A DNA stretch of 16,870 bases from Myxococcales bacterium (lineage in GTDB: Bacteria; Myxococcota_A; UBA9042). The notes beneath the pieces were generated by a model. The model was not told the DNA's origin. It saw only the letters and a list, made by a program, of their open reading frames with translations, and did not search any database. Numbering within the stretch: the stretch's first letter is position 1; each line of letters opens with the position of its first letter. This document shows, piece after piece, positions 7,001 to 15,176 of this stretch. Both the position numbers and the translations under genes were made by a program. The DNA lies in the NCBI GenBank assembly GCA_037441385.1, contig JBBISH010000130.1, forward strand, positions 1 to 16,870. Direction: 5' to 3'.

Positions 7001-7875
7001 CGCCCGAAGGGGAGCTGCTGGCCCTGGACAGCGACGTGGCCGAGCCGCCCGCATGGGTCCGCGAGCATGGACCAGGCGGGCCGGCGCTGACCGAGGCGGA
7101 TGATCTGGACCAGCAAGAAGATGCCGAACATTTGGCGGGAAATTGGGCCGCCGTGCCCAATGCGACGGGCTACGCGGTTCGCCTGATCGACGATTCCGGG
7201 GGCGAGATCGTACCGCCCACGCTGACGGGCAACAATCAAATCGACTTGAAAGGTCTGTACTTGCAGCCCGGTCGCACCTACCAGCTGGCCGTTGCCGCCC
7301 ACGCCTCGCAGGGCAATGACGCATCCTTTTCGACCGAGGCCAAGTCCGACGGCATCCAAGTGGTCGACGTCTCGCCCCCTTGGTTCGAGGGCGTGGGCTG
7401 TCAGCCCGCCTGCGCCGTGACGGTGGGGCAGCCAGTGCAGGTCGTGGCCAAAGTGCGCGACCATACGCGCCTTCAGAGCGTCGACGCGCACCTGACCGCG
7501 CTCGCGACCGAAGAGGCCCAGGCCAAGTGGCCGTGGTTCGGGTCGCTGTTTCCCGTCGCCTGGTCGCTGCCGCCCCTGGCCGAAGGGCTGCATCAGGTCA
7601 AGTTGCACGCCGTGGACTTGGCTGGGCACGCCAGCGAGACCACCTTGACGGTCCAGGTGTGCAAGCCGCCCGCCATCGTGGGTGCCCCGGCCTGTTCCAC
7701 CGACGCGCCCAAGACGCACCCCGATGTCGTGGGCATCAACGGCACCCATGCCGAGGGCTGTGCCGCGACGCCGCCTGCTGCCGGCCGGTGGGGCAGCGCC
7801 CTGGTCCTGGCCGCGTTGGCGCTTGCGGTGCTTGGCCGGCGCCGCGGCCGCGGAGGGGCGCGGCAAGCTGCGTAA
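4060..7875 (+). CDS. Large surface protein with FG-GAP/VCBS-like Ca-binding repeats, PQQ-like beta-propeller, FN3/Ig-like domains and a MYXO-CTERM-like sorting signal
   Basis: ATG4060 follows GAGG (start uncertain). Signal peptide WLALVAALVLAWASVPSLA. About 12 DxDGDGxxDL-like motifs, PQQ-like repeats (LYAIDLADGAIIW) and a C-terminal GC..., hydrophobic helix, RRRGR tail. Confidence 0.88.
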   Translation: MFRTRLIPFPSESDGTLGRSLGSESGSSPDSLQLRGDTARPPRRQASGGGPNRRRQGPWLALVAALVLAWASVPSLAAEDPLAWRWHWRDPQRSNFSPGTAHLAKPAVRWRVPLDAGASSLALVDIDLDGHDDLALTGGGRVTGRRADGTVLWKSKALGLNWVVRVGDLTGDGAPELLAIGARQLVLLQALSGEVVWQSPAGLLTQVAGVWLADFDGDGLVDLAFADAGSPIGASSPKAHFYRFAGGKAQGYADAAIPLPDGQFANTTTQRALDVDGDDVADLLLAELGLGAVSGKTGAFLGGSGVVGKLGPAPVAVSSVPMGPGQPPLLVWAADGALLPANQGQVGWRVYRLQEGKLQVQWQFESAAPASESIRTLSPAIGDLDGDAVPELLVSHFVNGAWRLEAYDLATGATLTVAGLGGPPPSAGQPGPVLQGAFLDGAQTVLLVAQHAALSTPDLAPLQLATWTRKGGFVKLADLGVGTWWPANLAPPPTLDGLWRVPRRPLRSLSTGQLASEILVIRDSDQDSRVDRLDRLMLGAGGTITPLGSLDFSPTTRLLGVAEGNGLDVVAARSDGRVALWNSAFVLQNDAEGDGLPDLQQRVGGPATLSIARRAPGKLPVFAATSGAQVSLFDPAGAGPAKPPLQLWSASPSANLQRAVLTDSDGDGEMEVTIRSWSALGNARIEGLGQDGKLKWSWQWPGSPLRWDMAAVDPIWGEDLDGDGAEELYLQAWPLAAASTAPQVATVLHGKTHTSLWAPDTYCAGMTGVAGALDATSAPPRAISSGYGIRTACDALTGQKLGLVEKTFGGYGVPMILDLDGVAPLDFVVGGAFGQTEGHVGADMQIAWHQADTRLVGQPALVAVVAGQPRLVQQVGAKAEVDARDAKTGNLLWAHVYLGGKAWPADAAPEHSQAISGLVGVADLTGKGVPAGLFASSEGWLYAIDLADGAIIWTLDMGGQSGSPIPADVDGDGLLEVLVVSPEGELLALDSDVAEPPAWVREHGPGGPALTEADDLDQQEDAEHLAGNWAAVPNATGYAVRLIDDSGGEIVPPTLTGNNQIDLKGLYLQPGRTYQLAVAAHASQGNDASFSTEAKSDGIQVVDVSPPWFEGVGCQPACAVTVGQPVQVVAKVRDHTRLQSVDAHLTALATEEAQAKWPWFGSLFPVAWSLPPLAEGLHQVKLHAVDLAGHASETTLTVQVCKPPAIVGAPACSTDAPKTHPDVVGINGTHAEGCAATPPAAGRWGSALVLAALALAVLGRRRGRGGARQAA
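4079..4162 (+). mobile_element. Copy D of the 132-bp repeat (degenerate, truncated)
   Basis: 4085-4162 aligns without gaps to 3707-3784 (58/78 identical). Confidence 0.65.
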
Positions 7876-8081
7876 CTACTTGCTCATGAACGCAATGTTC
7901 GGACTGTGGCGCGAACGGCCCACATCGGTGGTCGTGTGTAAATGTGAGCGGAAATTGCAGCGAACTGTGAACAATTGACCTAGATCTATCGAAGACTCTA
8001 GCGGTTTTGCCCAAACCGGTCTCACGCGTCTTCACAATTTCATTATCGACAACCGCCGCATGCTGCCTCTATCTTCAAAGT

Positions 8082-9434
8082 ATGAAGATGATCCCCACCA
8101 CCCACCATGGCTCCCCAGTTCAGCAAGACGCCCGGCCGTGCAGCCGTAACGGGCGACTTGTGCAACTTCTCATGGCTGCGATGCTGGTCACCACCGCGGG
8201 AGGAACGGGCTGTACGGCCGAGACGGTTCCGAGCAAGCAAAACGAGTCGCATGGCAACGCCGACGTGCAAGTGTCGACCGACACCAGCGACGCCAAGAAT
8301 GTCAACGAGTTTGCGATGCTGTCGACCCCGCCGATGAACTTCGGCACGGGCAAAGCCTGCAGTTCGGACAGCGACTGCCCCACGTCGTTCATGCCCTGCT
8401 ACACGGCCTATTGCGACCCGGGTAAGAACGTCTGCAACGTCAAGAAGATCGAAGTCGAAAAGATTTGTGAAGACGGCAACCACTGCACGTTGGACGACCA
8501 CTGCCAAGACGGCAAGTGCACCGGCACCGCGCTGGTCTGCGACGACGGCAACCCCTGCACGGTCGACTTCTGCGTGGCCACTCAAGGCTGCAAGCACGGC
8601 AACTTGGAGACGCCGTGCCAGACCGACGACGTGTGCACGTTGCATGCCTGCAAAGACGGCGGCTGCGTCGTGGTCGACACGGACCCCTGCAACGACGGCA
8701 ACCCCTGCACCACCGACCTGTGCGACGCCAAGGCGGGCTGCAGCTACCTGGCGCTGAACAACGTGCCGTGCGACGACGGTGACTCGTGCACCATCAGTGA
8801 TTTCTGCAAGTTCGGAACCTGCGCCAACAACGGCTCGCTGTGCAACGACGGCAACCCCTGCACCGACGACGCCTGCGATTCGGCCGGCGCCTGCCTGCAC
8901 ACCGCCAACGCCAACCCGTGCAGCGACGGCAAGCCGTGCACCATCGTGGACACTTGCACCCAAGGGGTCTGCACCGGCACGCCCAAGAACTGCGAAGACG
9001 GCTTCCCGTGCTCGATCGAGGCGTGCGACCCGCTGACCGGCGCGTGCGCCTACACGCCCACGGCCCAAGGGTCGCCGTGCGACGACGGCAACGTCTGCAC
9101 CCTGGGCGACGCGTGCGAGGGCTACCTGTGCAAGGGCACCGCGGCCACCTGCGACGACGGCAACGCCTGCACCGCCGACAGCTGCGCCCCAGCCAGCGGC
9201 TGCATCAACTTGCCGCTCGACGAAGGCGCTTCGTGCAGCCTGGGCGAGCCCTGCCTGCAGGGTGCCCTGTGCCAGTTGGGCGAGTGCGTGGGCGTGCCCA
9301 AGAGCTGCGACGACGCCAACCCTTGCACCGTCGACGCCTGCGACGCCGCGACCGGCATGTGCAAGCAGAGCCCAGTCGCCAACGGCACGCCTTGCGGCGA
9401 CAGCGGCACTTGCTACTCCGGGTCGTGCTTGTAA
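8082..9434 (+). CDS. Cys-rich repeat protein (Dictyostelium-repeat-like), probable lipoprotein
   Basis: ORF 8007..9434; ATG8082 or 8088 is the likely start. A hydrophobic stretch and GTG-C are followed by about 12 CDDGNPCTxDxC-type repeats. The repeat region has strongly GC3-biased codons. Confidence 0.85.
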   Translation: MKMIPTTHHGSPVQQDARPCSRNGRLVQLLMAAMLVTTAGGTGCTAETVPSKQNESHGNADVQVSTDTSDAKNVNEFAMLSTPPMNFGTGKACSSDSDCPTSFMPCYTAYCDPGKNVCNVKKIEVEKICEDGNHCTLDDHCQDGKCTGTALVCDDGNPCTVDFCVATQGCKHGNLETPCQTDDVCTLHACKDGGCVVVDTDPCNDGNPCTTDLCDAKAGCSYLALNNVPCDDGDSCTISDFCKFGTCANNGSLCNDGNPCTDDACDSAGACLHTANANPCSDGKPCTIVDTCTQGVCTGTPKNCEDGFPCSIEACDPLTGACAYTPTAQGSPCDDGNVCTLGDACEGYLCKGTAATCDDGNACTADSCAPASGCINLPLDEGASCSLGEPCLQGALCQLGECVGVPKSCDDANPCTVDACDAATGMCKQSPVANGTPCGDSGTCYSGSCL

Positions 9435-9489
9435 CCGCCGTCCTTCCGGGAGCCGGCCAACCCTCCAAGCTCTGGGTCCGCCGCACGGC

Positions 9490-10668
9490 CTAGGGACATG
9501 GCTGCGGCGCCAAGAAACTGCTCAGCACGGGCGCCATGTCGGCGATCCAGGCCTGCTTGTCGCGGTCGTAGAACTTGGTGTCCGAGTTGACCGCGTAGGG
9601 AATGGCCGCCTGTTGCAGCTGGCAGCTGACGAAGTGGGAAAACGCCACCTGTTCGGGCACTGAATAGTCATTGGCGTCGTTGTAGTTTCCAGGCATCCAG
9701 GCGCCGACCCAGCTGCGCCGCCCCGTCGCCTTCTGCCACGCGAGTGCCAGGGCGATCTTGTCCGTGATGAGCTGTTTTTCCGCGGCGGTGCCCGTGGTCC
9801 ACAGCTTGGCGGCGCTGGTCTTGGACGGTCCGGCCGCGTAGAAGTGCCACTCAGCCATCAGGTTTGGCCCAGCGACCGCGGGCACGACCAGCTCGGTCAA
9901 GTGCTCCGGCGCCGACCGGATCCGCGGCGAGATGAACAGCATCCGCTGCGGGTTGCTTTGGCGAATCGCGGCCACGGCGCTCGCATAGAACGCGTTCAGG
10001 GTGTCGGGCTGATCGTTCAGCGCGTCGGTGACCTCGATGATGAGATCGAACGACAGGTCCGGTCCTGCGCTGGCCAGGTGCGAAGCGACCGCCTGCCACC
10101 AGGCCACGGCAGCCGCAGCGTTGGCGGGCGTCGGGGCGGTCTTGAACGCGTCGGCCTGGTAGGCCAGCACGGGGACCAGGCCATGGGCGAGGCAGTCCGC
10201 CACCTCGGCGTCGATTTGCGCCAACAGGTCGGGCGAGACGTCGTCCTTGACCCGCAAGCGCACATGGCCAAGGCCCTTGGCCTTGAAGTCCTCGACCATC
10301 TTGACGCTGTAGGCGGCGCGGCCGGCGATCGTCTTGGCCCAGTCCACGTCGAGCCCTACGCCCAGGCGGGCGGCGTACTGGTCCGGCGTCCACCAGGTGA
10401 CCGCTGATCCGCCGGTGTCGCCGCTCTTATCAACGTCTGCCGCGCGGGCCGGGCCGTCGCTGCCAACACTGGTGTCGACCGGGGACTCCGCGTCCCCATC
10501 GACCATGGCCGTCGCGCTGGCGCCAGCGCGCTTGTCGCTGCCACAGCCGGCCGCCAAGACCAGGCCGCCGATGCCCAACGCCAGACCCAAAAATCGCGCC
10601 GCCGCGCCTGCCGTCCCACCTGCCATGCCCGCCCCCTGCCTGCACGCGGCTTTTTTGCGCCCATGCAT
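9490..10668 (-). CDS. Glycoside hydrolase family 5-like (cellulase family) lipoprotein with atypical catalytic motifs
   Basis: AGGAGG upstream and a LAAG-C lipobox. GH5-like motifs GLGHVRL, LSFDLIIE, AAIRQSNPQRML, EWHFY and WVGAW. Confidence 0.75.
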   Translation of the reverse strand: MHGRKKAACRQGAGMAGGTAGAAARFLGLALGIGGLVLAAGCGSDKRAGASATAMVDGDAESPVDTSVGSDGPARAADVDKSGDTGGSAVTWWTPDQYAARLGVGLDVDWAKTIAGRAAYSVKMVEDFKAKGLGHVRLRVKDDVSPDLLAQIDAEVADCLAHGLVPVLAYQADAFKTAPTPANAAAAVAWWQAVASHLASAGPDLSFDLIIEVTDALNDQPDTLNAFYASAVAAIRQSNPQRMLFISPRIRSAPEHLTELVVPAVAGPNLMAEWHFYAAGPSKTSAAKLWTTGTAAEKQLITDKIALALAWQKATGRRSWVGAWMPGNYNDANDYSVPEQVAFSHFVSCQLQQAAIPYAVNSDTKFYDRDKQAWIADMAPVLSSFLAPQPCP

Positions 10669-10687
10669 TGCTCTCTCGCCTCCTGAC

Positions 10688-10978
10688 CTACTTGCCCCGC
10701 CACGCCTGCCACGCGGCCCACGGTAAGCCCAGTATCAGGACCCACGTCCCCAAGTCCAGCGCCGTCACCAGAAACACCCAGGCCGCGTGCTGCCCCGGCC
10801 AGGCCACGTACGCGCCGGCGCAGAGCAGCAGCGACCCGCCCGACACCATCGAGACATGCCTGTCGACACCTTGGGCGCGGTAGCGCCTACTCGCCACCAC
10901 GGCGTACACGTCGGTGATGGCGAACAGGGCCGCCAACACCAGCAACAGCCCGGCAAGGAGCCACCGCAGCATCTCCAA
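10688..10978 (-). CDS. Small membrane protein (about 3 TM helices), hypothetical
   Basis: 96 aa with hydrophobic segments, fitting between co-oriented genes with 54-nt and 19-nt gaps. Confidence 0.65.
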   Translation of the reverse strand: MEMLRWLLAGLLLVLAALFAITDVYAVVASRRYRAQGVDRHVSMVSGGSLLLCAGAYVAWPGQHAAWVFLVTALDLGTWVLILGLPWAAWQAWRGK

Positions 10979-11032
10979 GATCCCCTCCGTCGCGTTGCCC
11001 GGAATTCGGACGTCCGTGCAAAGACGCTGCCG

Positions 11033-13180
11033 TTACTGCGGCTTCGCCGGCACCCGCGCTGCGACCAGCGCCACGCCCGGCTGGACCAGCACCGCTTCGC
11101 GCGCCGACTTGCCGTCGTCCGCCAGCTTGAAGCGCACGCTCGCGCCCGGCACGCCGTCGATGGCAAACTGAGTGCCCAAGCCGGGTTTCAGCGTGTAGAC
11201 GCGCTGGCCGGTCACGTCGGCCTGCAGTTGGTTGCCAGTGGCGAACACGCGGGCGTGCAGACCGGCAAAATCGTAGTCGCCGCAAAGCCCGGCGAGGAAC
11301 GCTGGGTCGCTCAAGCGTCCGTCGGGCTGCCGCTCGAAGCGAATCGGCCTGCCACCCGCGTCCAGCACCACCTGCAGGGCGGCCACCTCTCCGTCAAAGT
11401 CCAAGAAGAACTGCACCGGCAGGTTGGCGGTGGCTTCGCCCAAAGCGCCAGCGGCCGCCTCGGTCACGAAGCTATCGAAGTGCTGATGTCGCAAGGTAGT
11501 CTGCACGCCGCCCAGCTTCAACTGCAGCGCGCCGCTCGGCAGGAGCGTCACCTCCATCGCGCCAAAACCCGGGTCCAGGTATGCCCCCGCATAGGCCGCA
11601 AGGGGGCGCGACGGCTTGGTATTGGCCACCTGCCGCGCCGCAAACCCGGCCGCGCTGCCTTTGCGCGCGTCGCCCCCCTTGTTCATGCCCGCCTTGCCTT
11701 TGGCGATCCAATCGCGCGGCGCCAAGCCCAGCAGCCGGTCGGCATAGACATTGCGGACAAAGCCCGTAAACGGCGAATCACCCGCGTTGCACAGCACCAC
11801 GATGCCCAGGTCGTCCAGCGGGTAGAACGACACCTCGGCGGTAAAACCGTCGATGCCGCCCGAGTGGTGCACGCGCCGGTGGCCGCGGTACACGTCGACC
11901 ATCCAGCCCAGGCCGTAACCGACCATGGCAATGTCCGGATCCGGGTCGGGCATCCCCATCGCCATCTGGGCGCGGTGCAGCTCTTGCGCAGTGGACGACT
12001 TGACCAGCCGCTGCCCGCCCGCGCTGCCGCCGCCCAGGTGCACCGCCAGCCACTTGCCCATGTCCTGCACGGACGAGGCCACGGTCGAACCCGCCGGCGC
12101 CATCGCCGGCACATTGTGGTACGGGTCCAGCACAAAGGCCTCGCCGTCGCGGTGGTAGCCCAGCGCCCGGTCGGGCGATGCACCCAGATCCGCAATCGAC
12201 AGCAGCGTTTGCGTCATGCCCAGCGGCTGCAGTACCCGCCGCTGCAAGTTCTGTTCCCAGGTCTGGTTCGACAGGCGCTCTAGCGTAAAACCCGCCATGG
12301 CGTACATGAAGTTGTTGTATTCCCAGGTCTGCCGCATCGGGTTGGCGATGGGCAGGTGCTTCAGCTTGGCGAACAGGTCGGCGCGGGTCAGCTTGGCGTT
12401 GCCGTACCAGGCCAGGTCGCTGCGGGCCACGCCAGTGCGATGGGTCAGAAGGTCGCGCATCGTCAGGTGATTGGTGGCGTACTCGTCGGCCACGGCAAAG
12501 TCGGGCAGCAGCTGCCGCACCGGCGTGTCCCAGGTGAACTGCCCCGCCTCGACCAGCTGCCCCACCATCAGCGCGGTAAAGGCCTTGGTGGTCGAGCCGA
12601 TCATGAAGCGCGTGTCTGGCGTCACGGGCAGGTTCTTCTCGCGATCGCGCACGCCAAAACCCTGCGCGTACACGACTTTGCCGGCGCGCACCACCGCGAT
12701 CGCCGCGCCCGAGGCGGCCAGCTCCTTCAGCGCGCGCTGAACCTCTGTGTCCACGCCGGCCAAAGCCGCTTGCGCCAGCGCAGCCGGATCCTGCCGCTGC
12801 AGCTTGAACGGAAAGCTCGCGCCGCCCTGGCTGAACGTACCCGACCAGACCTCGCCGCTGCGGGTGCCGACAAAGCGCGGCGACCCCGGCACGCCCGCGA
12901 TGGTAAACGCCCCTTGATCGCCGCTGAGCTGCACGTCGCTGGTCGGCAGGTCCTTGCTGTGCTGCGCCGGGATGCTGATGGTGACCTTGCCGTCGCCGCC
13001 GACCGCAACCTCTACGCCCAGCGGGGTGCCTGGGGTGGCGATCTCGCCCTTCCAGTTGCCGGCAAACCCTGAGGCAACAGGCGAGGTTGCGGTGACTGCC
13101 CAGGCTGGGCCGGCGGTCCATGGCCCGGCAAGGGCCGCGGCCAGCGCCAAGCCTACGGCCGCAAACTTGCGCAAGTGCAT
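11033..13180 (-). CDS. Secreted beta-lactamase-family (class C/AmpC-like) serine hydrolase with DUF3471-like C-terminal domain
   Basis: ATG13180 (MHLRKFAAVG...) signal peptide. SxxK (IGSTTK), LLTHRTG, YxN (YNN), HSGGIDGF and a C-terminal AYAGAYLDPGFG motif. Confidence 0.92.
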   Translation of the reverse strand: MHLRKFAAVGLALAAALAGPWTAGPAWAVTATSPVASGFAGNWKGEIATPGTPLGVEVAVGGDGKVTISIPAQHSKDLPTSDVQLSGDQGAFTIAGVPGSPRFVGTRSGEVWSGTFSQGGASFPFKLQRQDPAALAQAALAGVDTEVQRALKELAASGAAIAVVRAGKVVYAQGFGVRDREKNLPVTPDTRFMIGSTTKAFTALMVGQLVEAGQFTWDTPVRQLLPDFAVADEYATNHLTMRDLLTHRTGVARSDLAWYGNAKLTRADLFAKLKHLPIANPMRQTWEYNNFMYAMAGFTLERLSNQTWEQNLQRRVLQPLGMTQTLLSIADLGASPDRALGYHRDGEAFVLDPYHNVPAMAPAGSTVASSVQDMGKWLAVHLGGGSAGGQRLVKSSTAQELHRAQMAMGMPDPDPDIAMVGYGLGWMVDVYRGHRRVHHSGGIDGFTAEVSFYPLDDLGIVVLCNAGDSPFTGFVRNVYADRLLGLAPRDWIAKGKAGMNKGGDARKGSAAGFAARQVANTKPSRPLAAYAGAYLDPGFGAMEVTLLPSGALQLKLGGVQTTLRHQHFDSFVTEAAAGALGEATANLPVQFFLDFDGEVAALQVVLDAGGRPIRFERQPDGRLSDPAFLAGLCGDYDFAGLHARVFATGNQLQADVTGQRVYTLKPGLGTQFAIDGVPGASVRFKLADDGKSAREAVLVQPGVALVAARVPAKPQ

Positions 13181-13422
13181 AGCGAACTCCGTGCCGGCCA
13201 AGCTGGCGGCATTCGCCCACCTACGCCGGTTGGCTGGGGCCGTCAATGGCCCGGGTCGGGGCCAGCAGCTGGGCACGGCGCAGCCCTCTGGGCTCAGCGG
13301 TCGACTTGCGGCCACGCCTCGCTCGCGTTTGCGGGCTGGACACGGGCACACTCTTGGTTCAACGTGGCAGATCGACTTGGCCAGGCGCCTAGCCGGGGCG
13401 CCGGTCGCAAAGGAGTCTAGCC

Positions 13423-14460
13423 ATGGGCAAGGTTTCCGTTGGACTGGGTGCGGTGCGCCTCCTGATCGCCGGGATCGCGCTGAACGTGGCCGCGGCCCGC
13501 GCCGCCGAGCCAAGCTCCGCCGCTGCCGCGCCGTCGGCAGCCAGTAGCTCGCCAGTGAACTCCACGGGCGTGCTGTACTTTCTGCGCGGTACGACCCTAT
13601 GGCGCCAGTGCCTGCCAGGGGGCCGGGCTAGTCGCTTGGGCGCGTGGTTGGACCCCGACGTCTCTCCAGACGGGACGCAAGTCGCGTACACGGCCTCGCT
13701 GCCGCACGGTGGACGAGGGATCGGCTTTGGCAGCCTGACCGGCCCTGCCGCGAACAAGCGGATCCCCGTACCGGGCACCAACACCTACGGGCCACGCTGG
13801 TCGCCCGACGGGCTGCGCCTGCTCGTGAATCATTGGGACGAGCACTACAACAACTGGCGGGCCGCGGTTGTGTCGCCGACTCAGGGCCAATTCGCCATCG
13901 TGTCCGTGGCACCCGCGCACTCGGACGACACGGCCTACAACCTGGGGTGGGACGCGAGCAGCGCCTCGGTGTGGTATGTCGCGGACGGTGCGGCCGTGGT
14001 CCGGGTTGACCTCGCCGGCCACGAGCTGCAGCGGATGGACTATCACAAGGTGTTTCCCGAACCTATCCGAGGTCTTTCGAGTGCAGAGACCCTAGAGTTC
14101 TCGCGCAGCGGCATGTACATGGCGGTCGGCATCGAGGCGACCACGGCGCACGAACACGGCCCGCTGTGGCCTTCGATCGTCGTCGCGCCGCTGGCGGGCG
14201 GCCCGCCGGCCTTGTGGACCGCGCCGAATTTGCACGGGTGGTCGCCGCGCTGGGCCTCTGACGGCACGCTGGTGTTCGTCGGCTTTGCCGATGGCGACGT
14301 GCCCGCCTCGGTCGGTCCGGAGGACTTCCCCCGCGGCAAGACCAGCGCGTGGTTGACCGATGGCAGCCGCCGGGCCGTACGGCTGCTGCGCAACGTCGAC
14401 ACCGTGATCGGTTGGCGTCCGGGTGCCTGCGGCCCCTCGGGTGGAGCGAGCGCGCACTAG
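13423..14460 (+). CDS. Secreted TolB-like/PD40 beta-propeller protein
   Basis: AAGGAG RBS and signal peptide. Repeats PDVSPDGTQVAY, PRWSPDGLRL, FSRSG and PRWASDG. Confidence 0.75.
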   Translation: MGKVSVGLGAVRLLIAGIALNVAAARAAEPSSAAAAPSAASSSPVNSTGVLYFLRGTTLWRQCLPGGRASRLGAWLDPDVSPDGTQVAYTASLPHGGRGIGFGSLTGPAANKRIPVPGTNTYGPRWSPDGLRLLVNHWDEHYNNWRAAVVSPTQGQFAIVSVAPAHSDDTAYNLGWDASSASVWYVADGAAVVRVDLAGHELQRMDYHKVFPEPIRGLSSAETLEFSRSGMYMAVGIEATTAHEHGPLWPSIVVAPLAGGPPALWTAPNLHGWSPRWASDGTLVFVGFADGDVPASVGPEDFPRGKTSAWLTDGSRRAVRLLRNVDTVIGWRPGACGPSGGASAH

Positions 14461-14519
14461 AAAGCCCGCATCGAGCCGCACGCTGGCTGCCTATTGGACG
14501 GTTTGGCCGCGGGCCAGAC

Positions 14520-15038
14520 TCAGTGGAGGGGCCCGTGGTGGCCGCGCGCGGCGGCAACGCGGACCTCCAGCATCGCCACGGCCTTCTCGCCCGCGACGTG
14601 TACCAGCTCGCCCACCTGCCCAAAGCCCAGGCGGGCATGGAACGCCAGCGAGTCGGGATTGGGCGGCAAGGTGTTGACTTCGCAGGTGACGCTGGCAAAG
14701 CCGCCGGTGCGGGCCGCGTCGAACACGGCTTGGTACAGCTGGCGACCGGCGCCTTGGCCAAAGCAGCGGCGAGCCACGGCGATGCGGTCGACATAAAGGA
14801 ACTCGCCGCCGCGGCTGCAGAACCAGCGAAAATTCGGGCTCGCGTAGCTTGCGGTGGGCGCAAGGGCTAACACGAAGCCGACCAGGCCCTGATGATCGCG
14901 CAGTTGCACGGCCACCGCTGCGCTCTGCCACAGGGCCTGCAAGGCGGGCAAGTCCAGCGTGCCCACATGCGGCACGTGCTCTTGGTTCAGGGCAAGGATC
15001 TCGGGTAGATCCGCGGCAGCGATGGGCGAGAGGTGCAT
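14520..15038 (-). CDS. GNAT-family acetyltransferase (COG3818-like)
   Basis: ATG15038. Motifs YASPNFRWF, LYVDRIAV, GQGAGRQLY, CEVN..PPNPDSLAFHARLGF. Confidence 0.88.
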   Translation of the reverse strand: MHLSPIAAADLPEILALNQEHVPHVGTLDLPALQALWQSAAVAVQLRDHQGLVGFVLALAPTASYASPNFRWFCSRGGEFLYVDRIAVARRCFGQGAGRQLYQAVFDAARTGGFASVTCEVNTLPPNPDSLAFHARLGFGQVGELVHVAGEKAVAMLEVRVAAARGHHGPLH

Positions 15039-15176
15039 GGAGGATCCGGGTCGGCACAGACGCCTGCGCGGTCGCCACCTTGCCGCCAGTTGCACAAGCC
15101 GTCAACTCCAAGGCCTTGCACCGCGCCGACGCGCCCGCGATGATGACGGGGCGCCCGATGGCGCTGCAGGGGCGCG

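Noticed and set aside
5818..7866. Long antisense or alternate-frame ORFs (e.g. 5818..7866 -, 10787..12283 +, 11778..13220 -, 15102..16520 -)
   Set aside because: These are shadow ORFs of well-supported genes, expected in high-GC DNA, and they have no recognisable motifs.
7939..7957. AAATGTGAGCGGAAATT resembling a lac operator
   Set aside because: Only a half-site match, with no LacI regulator or sugar operon nearby, so probably chance.
8530..9330. Regularly spaced TGC(G/A)ACGACGGCAACCCCTGCAC repeats resembling a CRISPR array
   Set aside because: They are in-frame coding repeats (CDDGNPCT) with degenerate copies and related spacers, and no cas genes are present.
13181..13513. 111-aa N-terminal extension of the serine hydrolase ORF
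   Set aside because: It overlaps the divergent TolB-like gene, and the signal peptide begins at ATG13180.
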